A program made the position numbers and the translations under genes. From assembly GCA_018716965.1 (NCBI GenBank), contig DVJF01000002.1, positions 1-60,298 of the forward strand: a DNA stretch of 60,298 nt. Direction: 5' to 3'. The notes under the pieces are model-generated. The model was not told the origin of the DNA. It ran no database searches and saw only the letters and a program-made list of their open reading frames with translations. Shown in pieces: positions 29,752 to 39,132 of this stretch; position 1 is the first letter of the stretch; each line of letters begins with the position of its first letter. The stretch comes from Candidatus Caccenecus avistercoris. GTDB taxonomy: Bacteria; Bacillota_I; Bacilli_A; RF39; UBA660.

Positions 29752-30210
29752 ATGAGACTTAAAAAAGTACGTGTTTATGCCGATTTAAATATAAAAGAAG
29801 TAGCTAATATGCTTGGTGTATCTAGAAGTAGTTATAACACTTGGGAAAGAGAATATGACATTATTCCTTTAAGGCAATTAGATAGGTTTTGTAGTATTTT
29901 TCATGTGTCATTAGATTTTGTTTTGGGGTTTAGTGATGAATGGAGTTATCCAAATAGTAGAGATACAATTGATCCAGAGTTACTCGCTAAGAGGATTAAA
30001 AGAATTAGAAGAGAAAATGATTTAACACAAGATGAGTTATCAAAAATACTTAATATAACACGTTCTTCTATAAGTAAATATGAACATGGTATTAATTTAG
30101 CTTTAACTTCTTATATAATGGGTTTTTGTAAATATTTTCATATATCTGCTGATTTTGTAACAGGAAGAATTGATGAAGAAATAATTTTAGATGCGAAGAT
30201 AAATAGTTAG
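29752..30210 (+). CDS. XRE-family regulator with two HTH domains
   Basis: Two HTH_3-like units (LNIKEVANMLGVSRSSYNTWE and LTQDELSKILNITRSSISKYE). The start MRLKKV at 29752 follows SD gaggaa. Confidence 0.85.
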   Translation: MRLKKVRVYADLNIKEVANMLGVSRSSYNTWEREYDIIPLRQLDRFCSIFHVSLDFVLGFSDEWSYPNSRDTIDPELLAKRIKRIRRENDLTQDELSKILNITRSSISKYEHGINLALTSYIMGFCKYFHISADFVTGRIDEEIILDAKINS

Positions 30211-30231
30211 AACTTATCTTCGTCTTTTTTT
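30194..30231 (+). terminator. rho-independent terminator of the XRE gene
   Basis: Stem cgaagataa/ttatcttcg enclosing the stop codon, followed by tcttttttt. Confidence 0.8.
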
Positions 30232-30292
30232 ACCATATTTTACCACTTGATTTAATACAATTGTTTGCTATAATTAAGTTAGGTGATGCAAA

Positions 30293-31552
30293 ATGGATCA
30301 GGTTTATTTACATAGAAATTTTTTATGTATTGATTTAAAGAGTTTCTTTGCTTCTGCTGAATGTTTAGATAGAGGGCTTAATCCTTTTACTACTCCTTTA
30401 GTAGTTGCTAATCCAACACAGGGAAATGGTGCTATTACACTTGCTGTTACTCCCTATTTAAAAACTTTAGGAGTTAAATCAAGAGGAAGACTTTATGAAA
30501 TACCTAAAAGTATTAAATATATGATTGCTAAACCAAGAATGAGTCTTTATTTAGCGAAATCAAGAGAAGTAGTTGAAGTATATTTAAAGTATGTTTCGCT
30601 AGAAGATTTACATATTTATTCGATTGATGAATGCTTTTTAGATGTGACGAATTATTTAAAAATGTATGGAAAAAGTGATTATGAACTAGCTTTAGATATA
30701 TTAGAAGATGTACAAAAGTCTACAGGACTTACCGCTACCTGTGGAATTGGACCCAACATGCTTTTAGCCAAACTTTCTATGGATATTGAGGCTAAACACA
30801 ATAAAGATTTCATTGCTAAATGGACTTATGATGATATACCTACCAAATTATGGCCAATTCATCCGTTATCTAAAGTTTGGGGAATAGGTCCTAGAATGGA
30901 AGTTAATCTAAATCGTTTAGGCATTTATTCCGTATATGATTTAGCTCATTATGACCGTAATAAATTAAAACAGAAATTTGGAGTTATTGGTACAGAGCTT
31001 TGGAATCATGCAAATGGAATTGATTTGAGTTTAATTGGAGATATGAAAAAAACAAAAGATAAATCTTATTCTCATAGTCAAGTTTTATTTAAAGATTATA
31101 ATGGGAATAATATTAAAATTATTATTCGAGAAATGGTAGAAGTAGTTACAATGAGATTACATAAAAATCATGTTACTTCTTCTTTAATTGGTCTTGGTAT
31201 TGGGTATTCTAAAGATGTAGGAGGTAGTTTTTATCATCAAATAAAACTGGATCAACCAACTGATATAGAAAGTGTTATTTTAGCGAATGCTTTAATGATT
31301 TTTGATAAATATTATGAAGATTTACCTATTAGAAAAGTTACTGTTTCTTGCGGGAGGTTGCAAGAAAAAAGTGGCGTGCAATTAAATATTTTTGATAATA
31401 TTGAAAAAATTAAGGAGCAAGAACAAATAGATGAAGCTATATTAGAAATTAAAGATAAATATGGAAAAAATGCCCTACTTAAAGCTTCTAGTCTACTTAA
31501 TGATTCGACTATTCATGAGAGAAACAAAAAAATTGGAGGACATAGTGCATGA
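30293..31552 (+). CDS. Y-family (UmuC/DinB-like) translesion DNA polymerase
   Basis: CIDLKSFFASAE, the SIDECFLDVT catalytic motif, and the GIGP helix-hairpin-helix. A likely promoter (ttgatt ... tataat) lies upstream. Confidence 0.9.
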   Translation: MDQVYLHRNFLCIDLKSFFASAECLDRGLNPFTTPLVVANPTQGNGAITLAVTPYLKTLGVKSRGRLYEIPKSIKYMIAKPRMSLYLAKSREVVEVYLKYVSLEDLHIYSIDECFLDVTNYLKMYGKSDYELALDILEDVQKSTGLTATCGIGPNMLLAKLSMDIEAKHNKDFIAKWTYDDIPTKLWPIHPLSKVWGIGPRMEVNLNRLGIYSVYDLAHYDRNKLKQKFGVIGTELWNHANGIDLSLIGDMKKTKDKSYSHSQVLFKDYNGNNIKIIIREMVEVVTMRLHKNHVTSSLIGLGIGYSKDVGGSFYHQIKLDQPTDIESVILANALMIFDKYYEDLPIRKVTVSCGRLQEKSGVQLNIFDNIEKIKEQEQIDEAILEIKDKYGKNALLKASSLLNDSTIHERNKKIGGHSA

Positions 31553-31866
31553 TTGACCGAGGATTTGTAAAGTGGCAGCCTTTTAATAGTATTACACCAT
31601 CTAAAGATACGATAAAAGCTATAAAGGAGAAGGAAAAAGATGAAAGACCAGTGTTATTTCCAGAAGAAGTAAGTGTGCTTATTGATACTTTAATGGATGG
31701 ATATTATACCAAAGATAAAATACACTTAACTTATTATGAATCGTATCATATTAAAAATATTACTAGTACTATTAAAAAAATACATCCTAGCTCTAATACT
31801 ATTGAACTAGGATGCGGGAAAACACTTTATTTTGACCAAATTATTCATGTTTCAACACTCGAATAA
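31549..31866 (+). CDS. YolD-like protein
   Basis: MIDRGFVKWQPFNSI, with the size and position after a Y-family polymerase that are typical of YolD. Confidence 0.75.
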   Translation: MIDRGFVKWQPFNSITPSKDTIKAIKEKEKDERPVLFPEEVSVLIDTLMDGYYTKDKIHLTYYESYHIKNITSTIKKIHPSSNTIELGCGKTLYFDQIIHVSTLE

Positions 31867-32726
31867 ACATAATCATATAACCAGTTATGATATAAAAGTG
31901 TAGAGGTGGCATGCCAACGATACATTGGTTCTTTTGCACTATCATTATCTTTATAATAATTACAAGGAATATTGATATTTAAGCCTTTTTTAATATCTCT
32001 TTTATATTCATTATCTAACGTGTATAAATCATATTCAGCATGACCAGTTAGAAAAACTTTCCTTTTGTCTTTGGACTCGATTATGTATGGCCCAGATATA
32101 TTGGATTTACTTGTTAAGATAAGATCATCTATATCACCAAGTTCACTTTCTACGATACTACAATACCGGGATTGAGGAATATAAAAGTAATCATCAAAGC
32201 CTTTAACTAAATCCGTTTTTTTAACTATATAATGTTCATATAAGCCAGATAATTTTTCTTCTAAATTATAACGATTAACACCATAAAAATATTGCAAGCC
32301 AAATTCAGAGGCCCAACATAGAAAAAGACTTGAGCGCACATGATCTTTCGTGTATTTAAAAAATTCTTTTAATTCGGCAATATAATCTATATCTTGATAG
32401 CTTAAATGTTCTAGAGGAGCACCGGTTATAATCATGCCATCGTACTCTTCTTTTTTGATGGTACTAAAGGAAGTATAATATTTTTGATAATATTCTAATT
32501 TAGCACTATTTGTTTTTTTCGTATCTAGATAAATAAAATCTAGTTCTACTTGTAAAAACTTGGTATCTAACACTTTTATTAAATCACGTTCTGTATCTTC
32601 TAGAGTTGGCATTAAATTTAGTATACCTACTTTTACGTGTGGTTTAGATGTATCAAGGTGAGATATAAAATTAACATCTTCTAGGCGTTTTGCTATTTCA
32701 AGTGATTTTTTTAATAATATTGGCAT
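31845..32726 (-). CDS. metA: homoserine O-acyltransferase (MetA family)
   Basis: VGILNLMP, GMIITGAP, the catalytic Cys in LFLCWAS, GHAEYD, and the NWLYDYVY C-terminus. Confidence 0.88.
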   Translation of the reverse strand: MPILLKKSLEIAKRLEDVNFISHLDTSKPHVKVGILNLMPTLEDTERDLIKVLDTKFLQVELDFIYLDTKKTNSAKLEYYQKYYTSFSTIKKEEYDGMIITGAPLEHLSYQDIDYIAELKEFFKYTKDHVRSSLFLCWASEFGLQYFYGVNRYNLEEKLSGLYEHYIVKKTDLVKGFDDYFYIPQSRYCSIVESELGDIDDLILTSKSNISGPYIIESKDKRKVFLTGHAEYDLYTLDNEYKRDIKKGLNINIPCNYYKDNDSAKEPMYRWHATSTLLYHNWLYDYVYSSVET

Positions 32727-32730
32727 AATA

Positions 32731-33051
32731 TCACCCTTTTATATCATGGCTCATAATTTTTAGAATTAAATCATAATTATCATCGCGAGCCATTTTATTT
32801 TTCTTAATCATTCCACATTTATCACATCGATAAACTATTTTTAAATTGTCTTTCTTACCCTTTTCTATTTCAATAGGCCTTAACACTCCAAAACATTTAC
32901 ACATTCTATCTCCTGGGTATTCATCGACATGCAGACTACATAAACAACTCGGGCAATGATCTCTTGCTGTATAAGATAGCGGAGTTACTTTTGTTTTGCA
33001 GACAATACATTCAAAGGGTTCATCAATCATTGTAAATTTTTTTGCTTCCAT
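32731..33051 (-). CDS. RNHCP domain protein
   Basis: The ARDHCPSCLCSLHVD motif and two further Cys pairs. Confidence 0.75.
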   Translation of the reverse strand: MEAKKFTMIDEPFECIVCKTKVTPLSYTARDHCPSCLCSLHVDEYPGDRMCKCFGVLRPIEIEKGKKDNLKIVYRCDKCGMIKKNKMARDDNYDLILKIMSHDIKG

Positions 33052-33059
33052 AAAAACCT

Positions 33060-34034
33060 CTAATTAAATTTAAATATTTTTCTAGCTATTTTATAGCCAG
33101 GAACTGATATAAAACGCGGTAATTTAGCAAGACGCGCTATTTTTAATTTTTTATAAACTGACTTATTTTTTTCTTTTAAATAATTCCATAATTCTTTACT
33201 TTTTAAGTTTGCTTCTTTCGTATTAGCTAGCTTTAATAAAATGGTTGATATAGTCATCATGATATCTAAATAATGAATCAAATATTTTTGTAAAGACTTT
33301 GGTTCAATGGTTAAGGGATCAAAGAAATCAATCATCATTTTCGTTACTTTTATTTGTTCATCTACCCGTCCAATCATTACACGTTCATTAACAGATTGAT
33401 CTGTTCTTCCAATAAAATAACGATATAGGGGTACATTTAAATAATACATAGTTTTTACAAAGGGTAGCGGATAATAAACAAATATATTATCTACATAAAA
33501 AGTGTGCTCTGGTAAAGTTAAATGAATTTCTTTTAAAAGACTGGTTTTATAAAATACGGAATGCATTAAAAGATACTCACTCACTTTAAAGTGGCCTACT
33601 TCTTGCCAAGTAAAGATTTCGTTTTCTTTAAAAACATTTAAATAACCCATTTCTTTGGGACTACCCTCTTTTTCATAAACGTAGTTTACAATTAACATGT
33701 CGATATCTTGTTTTTTGAGCGTTGCTACGACTTTTTTTAAGGAAGAAGTATCTACCCAATCATCACTATCTACTACTTTAAAGTATTTGCCGGAAGCTAT
33801 GCCTAATCCAGCATTTACCCCACTGCCATGACCACCATTTTCTTTATCAATAACTTTGATAACTTGGGGATATTTTTTTTGATACTCTTTGGCTATTTTT
33901 AAAGTATCATCGGTAGAACCATCATTTACAATAATTAATTCAATATCTTCTTTAATTTCTAAAATCGTATCTAGAGCATGATGCATATAACTACTAGAAT
34001 TGTAACATGGAACAACAAAAGATATTAATTTCAT
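33060..34034 (-). CDS. family 2 glycosyltransferase
   Basis: SFVVPCYNSSSY...IIVNDGSTDDT...DSDDW. Confidence 0.9.
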   Translation of the reverse strand: MKLISFVVPCYNSSSYMHHALDTILEIKEDIELIIVNDGSTDDTLKIAKEYQKKYPQVIKVIDKENGGHGSGVNAGLGIASGKYFKVVDSDDWVDTSSLKKVVATLKKQDIDMLIVNYVYEKEGSPKEMGYLNVFKENEIFTWQEVGHFKVSEYLLMHSVFYKTSLLKEIHLTLPEHTFYVDNIFVYYPLPFVKTMYYLNVPLYRYFIGRTDQSVNERVMIGRVDEQIKVTKMMIDFFDPLTIEPKSLQKYLIHYLDIMMTISTILLKLANTKEANLKSKELWNYLKEKNKSVYKKLKIARLAKLPRFISVPGYKIARKIFKFN

Positions 34035-34549
34035 TTATATACACCACTTTTCTTGAATTCCTTTAGAGCAAGTAACATTTCATGAGTTACTACTTTGTTA
34101 ATTTCTAAATTACCAATATTTTGTTTTAAATACTTTTTTAAACCTTTAAAAGGAACATATTCTAATTCAAAACCACCAATACTTTCTTGTTCATCAAAGT
34201 GAGTATTTGCTAAATTATACCGTTCATCTGTAAAAATATAAAAATAATAAATTTCTAATAAACGATTATTACCTTTTTTAGGATAATCCTTTACCATATA
34301 TTTTAAACAGAAGAATGGTTCATACTCTTTATTTAGAACAATACCCGTTTCTTCCATAATTTCCCTTTTTAAAGCATCATTTAGTGTTTCATGATTTTCT
34401 AAATGACCACCCGGAAATTGAATGGTTGTGTAAGCACTAGCTAGTAATATTTCTTTTTTACTATTTAACATTAAAGCTTTTACTCTAACAACTTTATCAG
34501 TTATATCTTCTTCTTTTAATTTATCATAATTAATTACTCTTGTTTTCAT
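34031..34549 (-). CDS. NUDIX hydrolase
   Basis: Nudix box GGHLENHETLNDALKREIMEETGI. Confidence 0.88.
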   Translation of the reverse strand: MKTRVINYDKLKEEDITDKVVRVKALMLNSKKEILLASAYTTIQFPGGHLENHETLNDALKREIMEETGIVLNKEYEPFFCLKYMVKDYPKKGNNRLLEIYYFYIFTDERYNLANTHFDEQESIGGFELEYVPFKGLKKYLKQNIGNLEINKVVTHEMLLALKEFKKSGVYK

Positions 34550-34617
34550 ATAATCACATTACTATTGTAAACGAAAAAGAGAAATAAGACCAGCTTATAT
34601 CTCTTACTTTACGTCAA

Positions 34618-35583
34618 TTAAAGTGTTCTTTGTAAAATTAAGCCATCACATACATGTTCGGATTGAACACTCTCTAAATAACGGGGAAATACTAAAATTT
34701 CTTCTGTTTTTAAATTTTTTATGTTTACACTAGATGTTAAGATTGGATGGGATTTAAAAGTGGCAGAAGGAATATTATAAAATTTTATTAGGTAAGCTAA
34801 AGCGATGGAAGCATTTTCATTCACGATATTTTTTAGAGAATTTTCATAATTTTGTAATTTAGAATAACCCCAATAATAGCCAAGAGATGAATCAAAATAA
34901 TCGGGAATGTTAGATAAAAAGATTAAATCATATTTTTCTTCTTTTTCACCTAAATTTAGGGCATTACGATATTCAAAAGTGATATTTGCTTTAGCTAAAT
35001 TTTTACGCATGTGTTCGTAAGATGCTAAATCTTTTAAATAAGCATTATTATGAGTCATTTGATAATTTGATGCCATATTCATAAGAAGCATAAGAAATAC
35101 ATTTAATTTTTCTTGATTATTTTTTTGATTTTGATAGTTATATTCCATAACTTCTTGCCAAAATTTACGATATTTTTCCTCCATAAATGGATAGCATAAA
35201 GATACCATACTATTTAATTCTTCTATAGAAGTAGAAGGATTCGTTAATTTTTGATTAAATAATAAATACTCTTCATAAGTAAACGCTAATAAAGCAGCCC
35301 TTTTTAGTCCTAAGGCATAATACTCGGTTAGACGATTTGTATCAAAAGTATCAATATTTAAAATGCCATAATATACTAAATTAAAAATATGATCACCACT
35401 AGCTAAGACACTTAAGGCTTTCTTCTTATTTTTAAAATCAAGCTTTTGCATATAGCCATTAATGTTTTCATTTGTTTCTTTATATACTTTTTGAAATTCA
35501 CTAAAAGGACGACCAAAAATATATACTTTACCAGCATTTAATTGTCTATCTATAATATTTTTAACACCATTTAATGCATCCAT
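34618..35583 (-). CDS. hypothetical protein
   Basis: Long ORF with probable start MDALNGV. I recognised no motif with confidence. Confidence 0.75.
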   Translation of the reverse strand: MDALNGVKNIIDRQLNAGKVYIFGRPFSEFQKVYKETNENINGYMQKLDFKNKKKALSVLASGDHIFNLVYYGILNIDTFDTNRLTEYYALGLKRAALLAFTYEEYLLFNQKLTNPSTSIEELNSMVSLCYPFMEEKYRKFWQEVMEYNYQNQKNNQEKLNVFLMLLMNMASNYQMTHNNAYLKDLASYEHMRKNLAKANITFEYRNALNLGEKEEKYDLIFLSNIPDYFDSSLGYYWGYSKLQNYENSLKNIVNENASIALAYLIKFYNIPSATFKSHPILTSSVNIKNLKTEEILVFPRYLESVQSEHVCDGLILQRTL

Positions 35584-35664
35584 AATAACCCCCACTTATA
35601 GATAATATAATAACATAAAATACTATAAAATGCAAAAAACTGGAAAATCCAGTTCATTTCTAAA

Positions 35665-35740
35665 TGGTGATCTGTACGGGATTTGAACCCGTGAATGTTG
35701 CCTTGAGAGGGCAATGTGTTAACCGCTTCACCAACAGACC
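35665..35740 (-). tRNA. tRNA-Glu (anticodon CUC)
   Basis: GGTCTGTTGGTGAAGCGGTTAACACATTGCCCTCTCAAGGCAACATTCACGGGTTCAAATCCCGTACAGATCACCA folds as a cloverleaf. The anticodon loop is CTCTCAA, the T-loop is GTTCAAATC, and the CCA is encoded. Confidence 0.9.
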
Positions 35741-35925
35741 ATTTTTTCAAGAGCAATAATATCTTATCATATTTTGAAATATTTTACAACCTTTAATCCT
35801 ATAAATAGAATTTTTCCAATCCATCTCTCTATGTTTGAGGCAAATTATTTGTTTTAGAAAAAAATAGAAGAAAGAATTTACTAGAAGTTAGGATGTATGC
35901 TATAATATGAGCAGGAAGTGATTTT

Positions 35926-36567
35926 ATGCGCTATAATGTAATTAAAGATGCTAATAGAATAATTCATAAGAGTCCTTATTTAGTAAATAATCCTAGTGAT
36001 TATAAAAATAAATGGGCTACTCTTTTTCAAAATGATAAACCTATTCATTTAGAACTTGGAATGGGTAGAGGTGAGTTTATCATAAATATGGCTAAAAGGT
36101 ATCCTAATATTAACTTTATTGGTTTAGAATTATATGACTCACAAATGGTTAAAGCTGTGGAAAGATTAAAGGGTCAAGATTTGCCTAATCTAAAACTTAT
36201 TAATGCAGATGCGAAAGATCTAGATAAAATATTTGGTAAAGAAATAGATACTATTTATCTTACATTTTCTGAACCATGGCCTAAAAAACAAGATGAAAAA
36301 AAGCGTTTTACTCATGAGTCTTATTTAAGACTTTATGATAAAATTTTTAAAAAGCATAAACATATTATTTTAAAAACGGATAATAAAGGTTTATTCCAAT
36401 ACTCTTTAGAAAGTTTATCAAAGTATTGGTATACATTTGAAATAGTAAGTTTAGACCTACATCATGATGAGAGAAAAATACCAAATATTATGACCGATTT
36501 CGAAAGAAACTATGATAAAACAGAGAAACGCCCTATTTATTACTTAGATGCTAGATTTGAAGATTAA
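35926..36567 (+). CDS. trmB: tRNA (guanine46-N7)-methyltransferase
   Basis: LELGMGRGEF...GLEL...FSEPWPKK. Confidence 0.9.
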   Translation: MRYNVIKDANRIIHKSPYLVNNPSDYKNKWATLFQNDKPIHLELGMGRGEFIINMAKRYPNINFIGLELYDSQMVKAVERLKGQDLPNLKLINADAKDLDKIFGKEIDTIYLTFSEPWPKKQDEKKRFTHESYLRLYDKIFKKHKHIILKTDNKGLFQYSLESLSKYWYTFEIVSLDLHHDERKIPNIMTDFERNYDKTEKRPIYYLDARFED

Positions 36568-36600
36568 TCTAGCTTTTTTTCATAAAAAAAGCATTTACTA

Positions 36601-36885
36601 CTATGCTTCGTAAACGCTTACTTTCTTTTTATCTCTACCAAGTCTTTCAAAACGAACAACACCAGTTACTTTTGCAAATAGTGTATGATCTTTACCCATT
36701 CCAACATTTACTCCTGGATAAATTTTTGTTCCTCTTTGACGATATAGGATAGAACCTGCTGAAACAGTTTGGCCATCTGCAGCTTTAGCACCTAATCTAC
36801 GTCCACGTGAATCACGACCATTACGTGTAGAACCTTGAGCTTTAACGTGAGCAAATAATTGGATATTCAATTTCATAAAATTCAT
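36601..36885 (-). CDS. rpmA: 50S ribosomal protein L27 with cleavable N-terminal extension
   Basis: [12 protein letters not shown]|[14 protein letters not shown]..., an extension of the type removed by Prp. Confidence 0.95.
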   Translation of the reverse strand: MNFMKLNIQLFAHVKAQGSTRNGRDSRGRRLGAKAADGQTVSAGSILYRQRGTKIYPGVNVGMGKDHTLFAKVTGVVRFERLGRDKKKVSVYEA

Positions 36886-36888
36886 GGT

Positions 36889-37197
36889 CTAATCCTCCTT
36901 TATTATTTTAATATTTTTTTTATAAGTTAATGCTAGCTCTTCTAGCATCTCTATCATATTTTCAATTATTAATAAAATACTCTTATTATCACTGGTAACT
37001 TCTATTGTAAGCTTGCTTAACTCTTTACCTTTATATTCTTCCTTATAAATCAAAGAATTTTTATCAAGTTTTAAACATGCATTAATACTAGTAATTACAA
37101 TACTAGAAGCCGATGCACAAACAATATCATCTTCTTCGGCATATTCGGCATGACCAGTCATAACAATTTTATTTTTATTAATACGCACTTTAATCAT
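36889..37197 (-). CDS. prp: ribosomal-processing cysteine protease Prp
   Basis: Lies between rplU and rpmA. Carries GHAEY and DIVCASAS motifs. Confidence 0.88.
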   Translation of the reverse strand: MIKVRINKNKIVMTGHAEYAEEDDIVCASASSIVITSINACLKLDKNSLIYKEEYKGKELSKLTIEVTSDNKSILLIIENMIEMLEELALTYKKNIKIIKED

Positions 37198-37199
37198 AA

Positions 37200-37505
37200 T
37201 TACTTATTAATTTTCTTAACAACTAATTTTGTGTATGGTTGTCTATGACCTTGAGTTTTACGATATTTCTTCTTAGGTCTATATTTGAAGACTTTGATCT
37301 TCTTTTGTTTACCATGTTTTTCAACTAGACAAACAACACTAGCACCTTCAACATATGGTGTACCTACATTTCCATCTACTGCTAAAACATTTGTAAATGT
37401 AATCTCACTACCAGCTTCATTAGGTAACTTTTCAACATAGATTACATCATTTTCAGCTACATAATATTGTTTTCCACCAGTCTCAAATACTGCTTTCATA
37501 TTCAT
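37200..37505 (-). CDS. rplU: 50S ribosomal protein L21
   Basis: [12 protein letters not shown]...[16 protein letters not shown]. Confidence 0.95.
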   Translation of the reverse strand: MNMKAVFETGGKQYYVAENDVIYVEKLPNEAGSEITFTNVLAVDGNVGTPYVEGASVVCLVEKHGKQKKIKVFKYRPKKKYRKTQGHRQPYTKLVVKKINK

Positions 37506-37643
37506 TCCTCCTTACTATTTAAGACGCACCTTTATGGTAAGAATAATTCTTTTGAACCATTTCAGAGTGGTTTTTTACGAATATAAAGCTACTCGCATGA
37601 ATAATTCTAACAAAATTATATGCTTTTGTCAATTTAAATTCCT
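37506..37643 (-). promoter_or_regulatory. possible L21-leader type 5' UTR
   Basis: A 138-nt untranslated gap upstream of rplU contains the hairpin aaccactctgaaatggtt. An L21 leader is known in Bacillota, but I cannot verify the motif by eye. Confidence 0.3.
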
Positions 37644-38207
37644 TTATTTCCTGGTAATTTCTTCTTCATCATTAAATAATTTGCTAAATATATCTCTATT
37701 TTCTATAATTGCTGCAAAATCGCCTTCATAATACAAGTTGGTTAAATATAACAATTGGTCTTTTTCATCTAAACTCGCTAAATCATTTCTTACCTCTAAT
37801 TTATCAATTAAATTATTAAGAAAATTGATAATAAACGGAACTTCTGAATTGGAGCAAATTCTTCTGAGTAAAGTTAAGTCTGTGCAATTACTCATTGTAT
37901 CTAACAACATGTTTATATGATTTATGGCATATATTTCTAAGCTTGTCATATTTTCAATTTTTTGATTATTTTTTACCATTAACAACATTTCTCCAACATA
38001 TTCAAAACTTTGCATTTCTACTAATTGATTTAGTAATATTTCAGCTATGTCACCATTAACACTTCGAGCAATATTATAAATGCATTCAGCATCTGCTTCT
38101 TTTACGGCATCTTTTAATTTAATGACATCAATTTCAATTAAATCATTTAACATTCTGCCATTATCTTTATTAATGCTTAAAAATAAATTTTTTAAATTGT
38201 TATTCAT
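37644..38207 (-). CDS. hypothetical repeat protein (paralogue A)
   Basis: Its N-terminus and C-terminus align with the neighbouring ORF (MNNNLKNLFLSINKDNGRMLNDLIE vs MNQNLRDIILNVEKNQGKLLNLLIE; YYEGDFAAIIENRDIFSKLF vs YINNDFETIKENRNTFQSLF). Confidence 0.75.
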   Translation of the reverse strand: MNNNLKNLFLSINKDNGRMLNDLIEIDVIKLKDAVKEADAECIYNIARSVNGDIAEILLNQLVEMQSFEYVGEMLLMVKNNQKIENMTSLEIYAINHINMLLDTMSNCTDLTLLRRICSNSEVPFIINFLNNLIDKLEVRNDLASLDEKDQLLYLTNLYYEGDFAAIIENRDIFSKLFNDEEEITRK

Positions 38208-38286
38208 ATTAATACCTGCTTTCTTAATTTTTAATTATAAAAGATTAAATTACAAAAGTAAAGATCTCTTTTACTAGTAATTTGCA

Positions 38287-39093
38287 TTATTTTTGTTTGT
38301 TTTCTACACTATTTTGGAATAAACTTTGAAAAGTATTTCTATTTTCTTTAATAGTTTCAAAATCGTTATTTATATATAATTCTTTTAAAGCTTTTAGTTT
38401 TTCTTCCTCATTTAATGTGTTTAGATATATACTTTTAAAGACTTTTTTAAATTCTTTTGTTTTTAACTCATCTAGACATTTTTTTATTTGCAATTTATCA
38501 GAACATGTTTTCATGAATTCGAGTAAATCTAAATAGTGATTTTCTAAATAATTTGTAACAAGATTTTCTTTTGAATCTTTTTCTATTTTTGATTGTTCAT
38601 AAAAGATAATTAGTCTTGCAATATATTCATAAGATCCTAAGTTCATTAAATGATTTATAAACACTTTTATTGGAACATTTGGAACATATATTAAAAAGAA
38701 ATATATAAATTTAGGATCATTGGTGTTAAGCATGGCAAAAGTAAGCTTTTCTATGGGAGCAGATTTTAAATTTCTAGCTAAATAATAAATATATCTTCCA
38801 TCTTTTAAGCTAATTATTTTATTAATTAAAGCCTCGGGTGAAACTCCTTTTAAACAAGCAAATTCACATATATAATAAGGGTCATTTGTATTTATAATTT
38901 TTTCTTCTAAAGAGTCTTTATCCGCACCATTTATATAACGAGCAAAATAATATATAGCTTGGGCATCATTTGATGCCATAACTTCAGCTGTGGCAAGTTT
39001 TAAATCAATAATTTTACTTTCGATTAACAAATTTAATAATTTACCCTGATTTTTTTCGACATTTAGAATGATATCTCGTAAGTTTTGGTTCAT
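38287..39093 (-). CDS. hypothetical repeat protein (paralogue B)
   Basis: See paralogue A. Contains internal repeats of the form A.xIYYFARYINGAD / YIYYLARNLKSAP / FIYFFLIYVPNVP. SD gaggtg. Confidence 0.75.
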   Translation of the reverse strand: MNQNLRDIILNVEKNQGKLLNLLIESKIIDLKLATAEVMASNDAQAIYYFARYINGADKDSLEEKIINTNDPYYICEFACLKGVSPEALINKIISLKDGRYIYYLARNLKSAPIEKLTFAMLNTNDPKFIYFFLIYVPNVPIKVFINHLMNLGSYEYIARLIIFYEQSKIEKDSKENLVTNYLENHYLDLLEFMKTCSDKLQIKKCLDELKTKEFKKVFKSIYLNTLNEEEKLKALKELYINNDFETIKENRNTFQSLFQNSVENKQK

Positions 39094-39132
39094 TATTAAC
39101 ACCTCAAGTGTTTATTATAGAAGAAATTAAAT

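Noticed and set aside
30205-30222. agaacttatcttcg read as a LexA box in front of the Y-family polymerase gene.
   Set aside because: It forms the 3' arm of the XRE gene's terminator hairpin (cgaagataa/ttatcttcg), and that explains the sequence better.
30293-31552. Whether this polymerase-like ORF could be the missing DGR reverse transcriptase.
   Set aside because: Its motifs (DLKSFFASAE, SIDECFLDVT, GIGP HhH) are those of Y-family DNA polymerases. No RT motifs of the YxDD type or DGR-RT signature are present.
35571-35756. A 61-aa minus-strand ORF.
   Set aside because: It is read straight through tRNA-Glu (35665..35740), so it is an artefact.
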